A stretch of DNA of 64,000 bases from Macrostomum lignano. Its lineage: Eukaryota. A program made the position numbers and the translations under genes. Each line of letters opens with the position of its first letter. The first letter of the stretch is position 1. Under the pieces are notes generated by a model. That model searched no databases and was not told the origin of the DNA. It saw only the letters and a program-made list of their open reading frames with translations. Below, one piece after another: positions 1 to 13,200 of this stretch. The DNA is taken from contig NIVC01000151.1 of NCBI GenBank assembly GCA_002269645.1, forward strand, positions 310,001 to 374,000, in the 5' to 3' direction.

Positions 1-320
1 GTGAATGTGAGTGAGTGACAGTGAATGTGAGTGAGTGACAGTGAATGTGAGTGAGTGACAGTGAATGTGAGTGAGTGACAGTGAATGTGAGTGAGTGACA
101 GTGAATGTGAGTGAGTGACAGTAAATGTGAGTGAGTGACAGTGAATGTGAGTGAGTGACAGTGAATGTGAGTGAGTGACAGTGAATGTGAGTGAGTGACA
201 GTAAATGTGAGTGAGTGACAGTGAATGTGAGTGAGTGACAGTGAATGTGAGTGAGTGACAGTGAATGTGAGTGAGTGACAGTAAATGTGAGTGAGTGACA
301 GTGAATGGGAGTAAGTGACA
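1..320. repeat. 20-bp minisatellite (GTGAATGTGAGTGAGTGACA)n, running off the window start
   Basis: About 15 near-perfect copies seen directly. Confidence 0.97.
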
Positions 321-659
321 GAGTGACCTGGCAAATCAGCTGGCAATGTGTGTCACCTGGCAGATCAGCTGACAATGTGGGTCAGTGCCAAACTGATTGA
401 CAAACTGGCTGGGGGGGGGGGCATCTGCGATGTTGATGCGATGAGGCGCGCGGGAGGCCAATGGGATCTGAGACGGGCCAATGGGATCTGAGACTGGCTG
501 GGGCCATCCGAAGTCCCAAAATAAAAGCTGGTGCAGAGGCTCCCACCATGGAGCTCTCACTGACTCCGCCGGGCCGCTCAGCGAACTCAAAAAGCCAAGT
601 TCTCAGCTCGCATTATTTACTGTACTGCATTTCCATACAAGCAGAAGCAGCCCGGTTCG

Positions 660-1620
660 ATGGCTCGGTCTCTCTGTGAGTTTCCATGAGTTATCCTGCA
701 GTGAAGAAGCGCAGATAAAGTTAATAAAGTTTAGGATTTGGCATTTCGGCATTTCAGTTTGGCAGCTGCTGTTCTTGGCCGCCGCCTTCGCCCTCGCCTC
801 CGCGGGTCGCCTCCACGAGGAGTTTCCTGGTGAGCCTTCTGTTTAAACAAATCATAAGAGACAAATACATGTACGAACAAATTAACATTGGAACATTGGG
901 ACATCATCCCACACCAGCGCTGCGGCTCTTCTGCCCATCCCGCTGGCTCCTGAGCGCATGCAAGCGCGCCAATACTGTATGCAGACACGCCCTGAGGCAA
1001 ACTCTCACACTGGGTGAACTGCTCACCTAAACTGCTCACCTAAACTGCTCACCTAAACTGCTCACCTAAACTGCTCACCTAAACTGCTCACCTAAACTGC
1101 TCACCTAAACTGCTCACTTAAACTGATAACCTAAACTGCTCACCTAAACTGATAACCTAAACTGCTCACCTAAACTGATAACCTAAACTGCTCACCTAAA
1201 CTGCTCACCTAAACTGATAACCTAAACTGCTCACCTAAACTGATAACCTAAACTGCTCACCTAAACTGATAACCTAAACTGATAGCCACTCACCTAAACT
1301 GATAACCTCAGCTGCTCACCTAAACTGCTCATTAAAGCTGCTCTTCCTAAACTAACTTGTCAGATACCGACGCTCTGGACGGCCCTGGTGCCGAGGAAGA
1401 CGATCTAGCGAGGCTGCTGCCGCTGCGCCAGCTGGCTCGCGACTACAAGAGCAAGAGAATGTCGGAATTTGTCGGCAAACGGATGTCGGAATTTGTCGGC
1501 AAACGGATGTCGGAATTTGTCGGCAAACGGATGTCGGAATTTGTTGGCAAACGCCCAATGAGTCGAAAGCGAATGTCGGAATTTGTCGGCAAGAGAATGT
1601 CGGAATTCGTCGGAAAATAG
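660..1620 (+). CDS. Neuropeptide precursor, 114 aa, with six MSEFV-amide copies (EFLamide/TRH-like)
   Basis: Exons 660-675, 758-829 and 1364-1620 are joined by GT-AG introns with matching phase 1/1; branch point ACTAAC at 1351. Protein MARSLFWQLLFLAAAFALASAG-RLHEEFPDTDALDGPGAEEDDLARLLPLRQLARDYKS-KR-(MSEFVG-KR)x4-PMSR-KR-MSEFVG-KR-MSEFVG-K*. It has a signal peptide, acidic spacer, dibasic sites and Gly amide donors. Confidence 0.9.
1010..1350. repeat. 13-bp minisatellite (CTGCTCACCTAAA)n in neuropeptide intron 2
   Basis: Direct observation; variant unit CTGATAACCTAAA is interspersed. Confidence 0.95.
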
Positions 1621-1842
1621 TAAGCCGCTGAGCGGAGCCACCCAGGAGAAGAGTGAAGCAGCTGAAAGCACATTTGCTGGACATTTCCCTTGTCGCGATG
1701 GCGAACGCAGATCTGAAAATTCAATAAAGCAGCCCCGATGCGCCCTCTTGGATGTCGCAGTTAAAAAGTTATGTTTACAATTTTGAATTCCGTTGATTTA
1801 AAAAAATCGATGTCTCTCAATAAGAGTTCGAGTTGGGACCGG

Positions 1843-3119
1843 TGTTAGAGTTTAGGATCTCCGCGTTTTAGGGTCTCCGCGGTTTTTCTATATGAAAATT
1901 ATAGCTACTTCTATGTACATCGAGATTGGCACCCCAAAGTGTGAGCAGTCTTGCGTAACTTTCAATAGGCTTTGCACATTTTGGAGATCAGCTTTGTACT
2001 CATATTTTATGGGTGGCGGGAAGCGCTGTAAACATTTACATTGGGCAGATGATAAGAAAGGTTTGTGCTGTGTGATTTTCGTCGATTTCTGCATTTCAAA
2101 GCTTGATGGCTTCGCTCAATCAAATATTTTTCTACGTCCTAAACAATGAATATACGCAGGTACCAGCCAGATTGGACGCCAAAGATAAGGCCAACTTAAA
2201 AAGACGCATTAGAGAAAAGAGCAAGCGTTTCTCCATCCATGACGGAGCGCTTTACTACAGGGTGACTAATAAGGACGACAGTCAGCGAATGCGGCCTGAA
2301 GACCATCGCAGAGTACTTTTCACAGAGGAAGAGGTACGGGATAAGATCCGCAGCCTTCACTCGCAAGGAAGTCACGTGGGTGTCAACAGCACAGTGAGCC
2401 TTTTTACTGCACGATACGACTGCGGAGGGGACAGAGTTAGGCTTCGCAATCTTCGCAGGGACGATCGGAAGGGTGGTAAGATGCGATACACTTGGAGTCA
2501 GCAAGTCTACATCGTGACCAGGTGTCTTGGTCAAAACGTGTACAGGCTAGGAGGACTAACCATGTGTGTCAATGGGAAACACCTCAAGAGATGCTTCCTC
2601 CAAGCACCGGCTGAAAGTGCATCACCGGTTTTTCACTAAGCGGACATTTACTTCATTACTTTAACAGTAAACAGTTTTCCATTTAAATACACAGTTGTGC
2701 GAGCATATACATATAAAACTAATGCTACGTTGATGATAAAAATGCCTTTCCACTTCTTATACATGTACGCGTTCAATACCATGACCATTGGTTTTACACA
2801 AATGGGGGGAGATCGGAAACCGGAGATCCTAAACCAGGACTTTGTTTTTGCGGCCCTGACGGAGAGCTGAAACTGGTTTAGAGTCTCCTATGGGGAGATC
2901 TGAAACTGGTTTAAGATCTCCGGGTGCGGAGACCTGAAAATGCCCCGGAGACCCTTAAACGGTTTCAGATCTCCTACCCCGGAGACCCATAACCGTTAGA
3001 AGTCTCCAGGGGAGATCCTAAACGGTTTAGGGTCTCCGGGCGGAGATCCTAAACCGTTTAGGGTCTCCGCCCCGGACACCCTAAACTGACCGGACCCCCG
3101 GAGATCCTAAACCATAACA
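1843..3119 (+). mobile_element. Non-autonomous Ginger-type DNA transposon (Gypsy-like integrase), internally deleted
   Basis: TIRs TGTTAGAGTTTAGGATCTCCG (1843) and CGGAGATCCTAAACCATAACA (ends 3119). 4-bp TSD CCGG at 1839-1842 and 3120-3123. Subterminal GGAGATCCTAAAC repeats. ORF 2103-2639 carries the integrase N-terminal His pair (LHSQGSHVG) joined to the C-terminal GDRVRLRN..RKGGKM..W domain, with no DDE core. Confidence 0.85.
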
Positions 3120-3939
3120 CCGGGACCGCCCCCTCCTGCAGAGGGGAGAAGAGCTCAGCCTGCAGGATCAGCTGAACTGATTGCGCAATCGGAGGGCGGC
3201 AATTAGAGGGTTGGGGGTGACCGGCGGCAAAGGTCGGGGCCGCCACTCGAGCAGGGGAGCCACTGGATGCGCCGAGCCTCGGGACGATGCAAGGCAGCGG
3301 CAGGCTGAGAGCAGGTGACGGCCCGGCCGAGAGAGATGAGGCCGACTGAGGGATGCTGGGAAGCTGGGCAGAATGCAGGATGGGGCAGTGAGAGCGAAGA
3401 TGAATCGATGCGACACCCCGGCAGCTGCCGCTTTTCCTGACTTGGCAGCGCGGGCGCCGTGCCGCTGCTCTCAGCAGCTTCCCAGCCTCCCAGCTAATCG
3501 TCTCAGTTTCGCCTATTCACTCCCGCCCTCCTCTTATCCCCATTTCCTTGCGCCATCGATTCTCCCACAGCTGCTGAAAATTGGGACTTTGGGATGCCTG
3601 CCCGGTGACAGCTGTAGGAGTCCTGGAGCAGCAGCACTTAATGAGACCAAGCGCTCAAGGGCTGGTTGAGGAAGGAACTGTTTGAGAGGCTCTCACAGTT
3701 CCTGCATCATCTGTGCAGCTGCCAGAGTCCGTGGGAGCTGCCGGAGCGAAGTGGCAACGCAGTCAGGTGCAGAGTAGCAGGATTTGGGAGCACTTCTGCC
3801 AGAACATCTTATAAGTCTGGTTGATAGTGCGCTGCACAAACTGCACACCTGCTACACGGATCAGACTGCATACCTGCTAGAACAGGGACTACTTAAAATT
3901 GTTTGAGTTTAAGTTTAAGTTTAAGTAGTCCCTGTGCTA

Positions 3940-4405
3940 GAGACCAGACTACATACCTGTTACACACCAGACTGCATACCTGGTACACACCAGACTGCAT
4001 TCCTGTTACACACCAGACTACAGACCTATTACACACCAGACTACATACCTGTTACACACCAGACTACATACCTGTTACACACCAGACTACATCCCTGTTA
4101 CACACCAGACTACATACCTGTTACACACCAGACTACATACCTGTTACACACCAGACTACATACCTGTTACACACCAGACTACATACCTGTTACACACCAG
4201 ACTACATACCTGTTACACACCAGACTACATCCCTGTTACACACCAGACTGCATACCTGTTACACACCAGACTACATACCTGTTACACACCAGACTGCATA
4301 CCTGTTACACACCAGACTACATCCCTGTTACACACCAGACTGCATACCTGTTACACACCAGACTGCATACCTGTTACACACCAGACTGCATACCTGTTAC
4401 ACACC
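3940..4405. repeat. 23-bp minisatellite (CAGACTACATACCTGTTACACAC)n
   Basis: Direct observation; explains ORFs 3903-4580 and 3934-4455. Confidence 0.95.
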
Positions 4406-4782
4406 AGGCTGGAGACCTGCTAGACGCAGTTATCAATTTTCCAATTCGAAACTGACTGTCATTCAGTTCGAGCTCAGAGGCTCGTTAACTCGCGACAATA
4501 AACAGGACTGCGAGGCATCCATCGATCAGGCCGGGCCGTCACTCAGCAGCCGCTCTTTGATTTCGCCAACTCTTGTCTAAAAGCCAGACAAAAATCTTTG
4601 TTTTAATGAGGGGCATCTAGCCAGCCAATTAATGAGGCCACATGACCCGGACCTCTGCAGTGATGGGCAGAACGACCTGGATTATCCGCGCTCACCTTCT
4701 CGCTCGGATTCGGTCAGGAGAGCAGAAAACTGAAAACTTTTTTGAAATCTAAAGCTGCTCTCACGAACTGGACATATCTGAC

Positions 4783-4801
4783 AAGACAGACAGGCAGACA
4801 C

Positions 4802-4888
<87 letters not shown>

Positions 4889-4923
4889 CACAGACAGACA
4901 GACAGACAGGCAGACACACAGAC
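4783..4923. repeat. (CAGA)n microsatellite
   Basis: Direct observation. Confidence 0.97.
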
Positions 4924-5687
4924 AAAGTTCGTGCCGCCTTCACTCAGGCCAGCTCTCCCATTCTCCATCAGCTTTCAGGCCTCAGAATCGCCCACTAATC
5001 TCCTTTAACTCGAATCTCCAAGACTTATCCACACTACTTCCCCCACCCCTTAATTTCCCTTAGCCGCTCCCCAGGGAGCGCAGCAGCAGAAGCTGCTAAG
5101 CCGCTCATCCGTCGTGCTCAGACTCGGCCGCTTATCCATCAGCTCAGCAGGTGCGCTGCGGACTCCAGTACCGGGTCACGCCCACAGGTACTCAGGGCAA
5201 GTTTGCCTAAAATAAGAAATGAAAGCAAGAATCCGTCTCAACTCACAGCTCCGGAGCGTCTTATCAGTTTGATGAGAAGGCGAGGGGAGTTGAGTTTTCC
5301 CACAGAGGCTTGCTGATGGGATCGTAGGGAACAATTGCGGCGGGGCCATCGAGGAAAAGTCGCAGCAGCACAATAAAGGCGGCAAGTGTTTGCTCAGGTC
5401 GATCCACAGCCTGCCGAGCCTTATTTGCCCGCCCAGGCAACAGTCAGCAGCTCAAGTGCCAAGCATGTAGGCTGCTACAGGAGCTGGATTGGGTCTGATG
5501 ACACAGGTGGCTCCTCTTTAACCTGCATGTTGCCTGCTGAGGGCGGCAAAGACGCTTGTCAGGATCGGCGTGGACTTTTCTTTATTCAGCTCATTTTGAA
5601 TAGTGAGAGCATCGGCTGCTGCTCAAGGTGCGGCTTCTTGGCCTGCTTTGTCAAACCCTATTCAGCTTGCTGTGTCAGCAACTTCAA

Positions 5688-7218
5688 AGAATTCAGTCAG
5701 CTGTGTCAGTTCCTATTCAGTCAGCTGTGTCAGCTACTATTCAGTCAGCTGTGTCAGCTCTTATTCAGTCAGCTGTTTCAGCTCCTATTCAGTCAGCTGT
5801 GTCAGCTCTTATTCAGTCAGCTGTTTCAGCTCCTATTCAGTCAGCTGTGTCAGCTCCTATTCAGTCAGCTGTGTCAGCTCCTATTCAGTCAGCTGTGTCA
5901 GCTCCTATTCAGTCAGCTGTGTCAGCTCTTATTCAGTCAGCTGTGTCAGCTCCTATTCAGTCAGCTGTGTCAGCTCCTATTCAGTCAGCTGTTTCAGCTC
6001 CTATTCAGTCAGCTGTGTCAGCTCCTATTCAGTCAGCTGTGTCAGCTCCTATTCAGTCAGCTGTCAGCTCTTATTCAGTCAGCTGTGTCAGCTCCTATTC
6101 AGTCAGCTGTGTCAGCTCTTATTCAGTCAGCTGTTTCAGCTCCTATTCAGTCAGCTGTGTCAGCTCCTATTCAGTCAGCTGTGTCAGCTCCTATTCAGTC
6201 AGCTGTGTCAGCTCCTATTCAGTCAGCTGTTTCAGCTCCTATTCAGTCAGCTGTGTCAGCTCCTATTCAGTCAGCTGTGTCAGCTCCTATTCAGTCAGCT
6301 GTGTCAGCTCCTATTCAGTCAGCTGTGTCAGCTCCTATTCAGTCAGCTGTGTCAGCTCCTATTCAGTCAGCTGTGTCAGCTCTTATTCAGTCAGCTGTCA
6401 GCTCCTATTCAGTCAGCTGTGTCAGCTCTTATTCAGTCAGCTGTTTCAGCTCCTATTCAGTCAGCTGTGTCAGCTCCTATTCAGTCAGCTGTGTCAGCTC
6501 CTATTCAGTCAGCTGTGTCAGCTCCTATTCAGTCAGCTGTGTCAGCTCTTATTCAGTCAGCTGTCAGCTCCTATTCAGTCAGCTGTGTCAGCTCTTATTC
6601 AGTCAGCTGTTTCAGCTCCTATTCAGTCAGCTGTGTCAGCTCCTATTCAGTCAGCTGTGTCAGCTCCTATTCAGTCAGCTGTGTCAGCTCCTATTCAGTC
6701 AGCTGTGTCAGCTCCTATTCAGTCAGCTGTGTCAGCTCCTATTCAGTCAGCTGTTTCAGCTCCTATTCAGTCAGCTGTGTCAGCTCCTATTCAGTCAGCT
6801 GTGTCAGCTCCTATTCAGTCAGCTGTCAGCTCTTATTCAGTCAGCTGTGTCAGCTCCTATTCAGTCAGCTGTGTCAGCTCTTATTCAGTCAGCTGTTTCA
6901 GCTCCTATTCAGTCAGCTGTGTCAGCTCCTATTCAGTCAGCTGTGTCAGCTCCTATTCAGTCAGCTGTGTCAGCTCTTATTCAGTCAGCTGTTTCAGCTC
7001 CTATTCAGTCAGCTGTGTCAGCTCCTATTCAGTCAGCTGTGTCAGCTCTTATTCAGTCAGCTGTGTCAGCTCCTATTCAGTCAACCGTCAGCTCCTATTC
7101 AGTCAGCTGTCAGCTCCTATTCAGTCAGCTGTGTCAGCTCCTATTCAGTCAGCTGTCAGCTTCTATTCAGTCAGCTGTCAGCTCCTATTCAGTCAGCTGT
7201 CAGCTCTTATTCAGCTGT
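5688..7218. repeat. 24-bp (with 22-bp variant) minisatellite (CAGCTCCTATTCAGTCAGCTGTGT)n
   Basis: About 1.5-kb array; explains three overlapping 500-640 aa pseudo-ORFs. Confidence 0.97.
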
Positions 7219-7644
7219 GCTGAATCACGTGGGCAGAAAAGAAGTGGAACACGCTTGAAGATTAGAACCTGTCATTCATTCCTATTTGAATTAAAAAATC
7301 AACGCTCTATCAATTAACGCGAGAAGATATCAAAACATGCTTGTATTTCTACTGAGAGTAGGAAAGACAGAATCTTTAGACAAAAATTGAAGTCGATAAA
7401 AAGGTAGGCAGCAGCGAACAGGCGCAAAATTGTAAACAGAGCCGTCTCCGTGACGACCTCTGTAACACGGAGTAAAATATTCGCTGTGATAAACAGATAA
7501 TGGGACTCGAGCTTGCTGCTGGACAAGGCCGATAAAATATCCGAGTCCGCGAAACATGAATTATGTCTAAATCGGTGCTAAAAAATTCATATTGTGGACA
7601 AAAATTCACAACACCTACCTTCCTTACATTTTATATGCTGCACA

Positions 7645-8106
7645 GATTCCACTGTCAGACTGTACAGATCCCACTGTCAGACTGCACAAATCCCACTGTC
7701 AGACTGCACAAATCCCACTGTCAGACTGCACAAATCCCACTGTCAGACTGCACAAATCCCACTGTCAGACTGCACAAATCCCACTGTCAGACTGTACAAA
7801 TCCCACTGTCAGACTGTACAGATCCCACTGTCAGACTGTGCAAATCCCACTGTCAAACTGTACAGATCCCACTGTTAGCTCGTAGACTGTACAGATCCCA
7901 CTGTCAGACTGTGCAAATCCCACTGTCAGACTGTACAGATCCCACTGTCAGACTGTGCAAATCCCACTGTCAAACTGTACAAATCCCACTGTTAGACTGT
8001 GCAAATCCCACTGTCAGACTGTGCAAATCCCACTGTCAGACTGTACAAATCCCACTGTCAGACTGTGCAAATCCCACTGTCAGACTGTACAAATCCCACT
8101 GTCAGA
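7645..8106. repeat. 22-bp minisatellite (CCCACTGTCAGACTGTACAAAT)n abutting the transporter stop codon
   Basis: Direct observation; the last unit contains TCA 8102-8104, which is the TGA stop on the minus strand. Confidence 0.95.
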
Positions 8107-10010
8107 CGTGCACATCCGCAGCCACCTGCAGGTGCACCGCGCCAGCCGACTGTCTACTCAACCTTGAGGCGTCCTCCGAGCCGGAAGCCGTGGCAGTGGC
8201 GGCAGTCTCCAAGCCCGGCCGCCAGTCCCCCTCGCTGCTGCTCAGCTCGCTGTCGGAGTCGTCGTACGAGGAGGCCACGGAGGCGGTGGCTGCAGCGGCG
8301 CCAACTGCGCTAGCAATTTCGCGCCCGGCGCCGGAGAGTCGTCGCGCGGCGTCGGAGGGGCGCCTCCGGCCCAGCAGGGAGTCGCTGAGGAGGTGCAGCG
8401 GCGCGGTAAGGGAGGATCGGAGGCGCAGCCAGAGGAGGCAGTAGAGCAGCAGGGCGAGCAGCTGGAGGCCGCACAGCAGCAGGAAGCCGAGCTGCAGGTG
8501 GTCGGCTGAGGCGCTGGCCGGGGCGATCCAGCGGCCTACGGGCGGGCGGAGGCGGGGAGAGTCAGCTGGGAGCCTCTGAGTCCTGCGCCAACTGGGTAGC
8601 CTTCAAGAAACACCAGTCTAGAAAGCTAGAGACCATTGGGCAAAGCTTCACCCCTACTCAGCTGCTCTGCCTCTACTCAGCTACTCTGCCTCTACTCAGC
8701 TACTCTGCCCCTACTCAGCTCCTCTGCCCCTACTCAGCTGCTCTGCACCTACTCAGCTACTCTACCCCTACTCAGCTGCTCTGCTCCTACTCACGGGCAA
8801 CGAACACCGCTGTGAGCCCTAGCGAGAGCGCCCGGCCGATGGCGAAGAACAGAATGAAAAGCCCGATGGTGCTGCCGAGGCGGCTGGGCCGGGTGAGCAG
8901 CACCAGGATCTCGTAGCCTGTGGAATTGATGGAGAACAGAGGATACTGGGATTGTGATCATATAGAATTAGTAGAATCCTATCTCATTAGGAGTCATGAT
9001 TGGGATCAAGGTGGGATTAGAACTACAGACAGACAGTATTTAAACTATAAGGGATTTAGGTAGAAATCACAGAACTGGGATCCGGGAGAAGGGATCTGGG
9101 AAAAACAAGTGTGATTATGGAACAATCAGGATTGAGGATTTGGGGCTGGGGATCAAGCTGGAACAATCAGGATTGAGGATTTGGGGGCTAGGGATCAAGC
9201 TGGAACAATCAGGATTGAAGATTTGGGGGCTAGGGATCAAGCTGGAACAATCAGGATTGAGGATTTGGGGGCTGGGGATCAAGCTGGAACAATCAGGATT
9301 GAAGATTTGGGGGCTGGGGATCAAGCTGGAACAATCAGGATTGAGGATTTGGGGGCTGGGGATCAAGCTGGAACAATCAGGATTGAGGATTTGGGGCTGG
9401 GGATCAAGCTGGAACAATCAGGATTCAGAATGAGGCTGGGGATCAAGCTGGAACAATCAGATGCAGAGTCAGAATCAGAGGTCCGGTTTTTGGGGGAATC
9501 CCAAAAGCGCACCGGACACAATGACGAGGATCTCGGACAGGGCCATCAGCAGGTAGGCAGGCAGGACGATGGGCGGCTGATAGGCCGAGCGGTCGCGAGC
9601 GAATTCGGTCACCGCCGCCACCAGAGCGCTGGCCGCCAGCACCAGCTGGCCGATGCCTGAGGAAGTTGCGGGGCGGATTGCAGAGCTGACAGACAGACAG
9701 ACAGACAGACACTAATACGGACAGACGGACAGAGAGACAAATACTAAGACAGACACTAAGACAGACAGACGGACAGACAGACAGACACTAAGACGGACAG
9801 ACGGACAGAGAGACAAATACTAAGACAGACACTAAGACAGACAGACGGACAGAGAGACAAATACTAAGACAGACACTAAGACAGACAGACGGACAGACAG
9901 ACAAACACTAAGACAGACACTAAGACAGACAGACAGACAGACAGACACACAGACACACAGACACACAGACAGACAGACAGACAGACAGACACACAGACAG
10001 ACAGACATTA

Positions 10011-10071
<61 letters not shown>

Positions 10072-10158
10072 CCAAGACAGACAGACAGACAGACACTAAG
10101 ACAGACAGACAGACACTAAGACAGACAGACACTAAGACAGACAGACACTAAGACAGAA

Positions 10159-10191
<33 letters not shown>

Positions 10192-10192
10192 C

Positions 10193-10246
<54 letters not shown>

Positions 10247-13200
10247 TCACTCACCGAAGCGCCAGGCCATGTGGTGCAGCTTGAAGAAGCGGCTGCTGGC
10301 CCAGCACAGCAGGGGCGCCAGCAGGAACACGAAGCCGGGGTCGAACAGGCTGTAGAGATGGTGCTGCTGCTGCTGCCAGCCGCCAGGCATGGAGCGCAGC
10401 TGCAGATCGAGGCAGCTGGTCATCTGGCGATGAGCGGGGCGAAGGAGCGGGTAAGTCAGAGAGCTGTGAGGCAGTCAGCCTCAGCCAGTGAGGGGGCAGA
10501 CCTGAGTGAAGATGGCCACCCAGCAGGCCAGGATGGCCAGCAGGCCCCAGCGGAACAGGCAGGCGCTGGGGTCCTCTTCCACCGAGGCTGCCGCAGGCGG
10601 CTCCGCGGCTGCAACGGCCGGATGATGCTTGGAGCGAAGGCGGCGACGTCCCAATAGGTCGTTCGGAGCCGAAGACCACGGCGCTGAGGGATGGGAGGCG
10701 GCGGGAGAGGATTGAATGAGGACTACTTGAGGACCAGTTGAGTACTACTTGAGGACCAGTTGAGGACTACTTGAGGACCAGTTGAGTACTACTTGAGGAC
10801 TAGTGGAGGACCAGTGAAGGACTACTTGAGGACAAGTTGAGTACTACTTGAGGACCTGTGGAGGACCAGTGGAGGACTACTTGAGGACCAGTTGAGTACT
10901 AGTGAAGGACCAGTTGAGGATTACTTAAGGACCAGTTGAGTACTACTTGAGGACTAGTGGAGGACTATCTATGTAAGGATCAGCTGGGGCGTGGCGGCGG
11001 GAACCAGCAGATGAAGACAGAATGAGGACAGGAGAGTCAGCTGAGGACCAGTGGAGGACTACCTATGTAAGGATCAGCTGGGGCGTGGCGGCGGGAACCA
11101 GCAGATAAAAACAGAATGAGGACAAAAGAGTCAGCTGAGGACCGGTTTAAAAGCATCACGAACGCAGCAGAAATCAAACAGCAGCAGCGGCAGCTCACAG
11201 TCACTGGGCGGCAACTCCCGAATCCAGGGCAAGCCGCAGGCGAGGCCGGCGAAGGCAGCAGCAGCCGCGGCGAAGATCAGCGGGCCGAGCTTCCGGGAGT
11301 CCACATAGGGAGTTGAGCCATAGACTATTGCGTCTGAGACCAGCGCGCCGAGGTTCAAGCAGCAGTAGTACCTGCGCGGGGGTTCGAGTTAGCGATGGAG
11401 GCTTTGGAAGCTGGGCAGGTGATCAAAACTCGAAGCAAATCAACCACTCACCAGGTGACGCAGTTGAAGATGCTGGAGCAGAAGTGCCGCTTCAGCTGCT
11501 GCAGCAGCAGGGCGGGTGCCACGGCTCGGCTGCAGAGGGCGGCCACGGCGAACGGCGGCAGACCGAGGATCAGCAGGAACTGCCGAACCTGCGGGGGCAT
11601 CTTGTATTCAATGTGAGATCTCATCCTGACCGAAATCTCACTCTCATGGAGAGCTCACTCTGATGGAGATCTCACTCTCATGGAGATTTCACTTGGAAAG
11701 AGTGAAAGTATAGGATACCTCAACGATAAGGTACGATATCCCAGCGAGAAAGTGGGAAATCTCAGCGGGTGGGAAATCTCAGTGGGAGGGTATGAGATCT
11801 CAGTGGAAGGGTGGGAGATCTCAGTGGGAAGGTGGGAAATCTTAGCGGGAGGGTGGGAAATCTCAGTGGGAGGGTATGAGATCTCAGTGGGAGGTTGGGA
11901 GATCTCAGTGGGAAGGTGGGAAATCTTAGCGGAAGGGTAGGAAATCGCAGTGGGAGGGTGGGAGATCTCAGTGGGAGGGTGGGAGATCTCAGTGGGAGGG
12001 TGGGAAATCTTAGTGGGTGGGTGGGAGATCTCAGTGGAAGGGTGGGAAATCTCAGTGGGAAGGTGGGAAATCTCAGTGGGAAGGTGGGAGATCTCAGTGG
12101 GAAGATGGGAAATCTCAGTGGGAAGGTGGGAAATCTCATTGGGAAGGTGGGAAATCTCAGTGGGAGAGTGGGAGATCTCAGTGGGAAGGTGGGAGATCTC
12201 AGTGGGAAGGTGGGAAATCTCAGTGGGAGGGTGGGAGATCTCAGCGGGTGGTTGTGTCGGACTGCCGGATATCTGGGAAGAGTTTGGCACACAAAACTCA
12301 CAGCAGATTCTTCGGCAGGGCCAAAGCGGAGAGTGGACAGCAGTATAAAAGTGCAGCCTGGAATATGATAAATTAATTTTTCTTAGTGAAATCCGATATT
12401 TAGCATTTAGTAGCTCGTAAAACGTAATTGTTAAGAGTGCGAGACAGTACAAAATGTACTCACCAATAACGTACAGCACGGTGCCCACAGCCAGCAGCTT
12501 GAACTTGGACACGCGCTCGTCGCCCAGCCAGCCGCCAGCCAGTGGCAGGGCGTCAATCAGCACTGAAGAAAAGTGCAGACAAAATGATTCCGGAAAATAG
12601 CTTGTATTTAAAACTAAATATTTCCGCAATTTCGGGGAAATTATATCTAGCCTCAATAAGAGATCTAAGGCTGCCATTGTTGAACTGTGAGACGCCATTA
12701 TGGATTGGAGAGGCGCCATTATGAATTGGAGAGGCGCCATTATGGATTGGAGAGGCGCCATTATGAATTGGAGAGGCGCCATTATGGATTGGAGAGGCGC
12801 CATTATGGATTGGAGAGGCGCCATTATGAATTGGAGAGGCGCCATTATGGATTGGAGAGGCGCCATTATGGATTGGAGAGGCGCCATTATGAATTGGAGA
12901 GGCGCCATTTTGGATTGGAGAGGCGCCATTATGGATTGGAGAGGCGCCATTATGAATTGGAGAGGCGCCATTTTGGATTGGAGAGGCGCCATTATGAAGC
13001 TGAGGATTCTGAGAGGTGCCATTATGGAGCTGAGGATTCTGAGAGGTGCCATTATGAAGCTGAGGATTCTGAGAGGTGCCATTATGGAGCTGAGGATTCT
13101 GAGAGACGCCATTATGGAGCTGAGAGACGCCATTATGGATCTGAGAAACGCCATTATGGATCTGAGAGACGCCATTTTGGAGCTGAGAGACGCCATTATG

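Noticed and set aside
5386-7317. 643/551/531-aa ORFs (QLLFSQLC, SAVSAPIQ repeats)
   Set aside because: Open in all three frames because the 24-bp unit has no stop codon; no splice or domain evidence.
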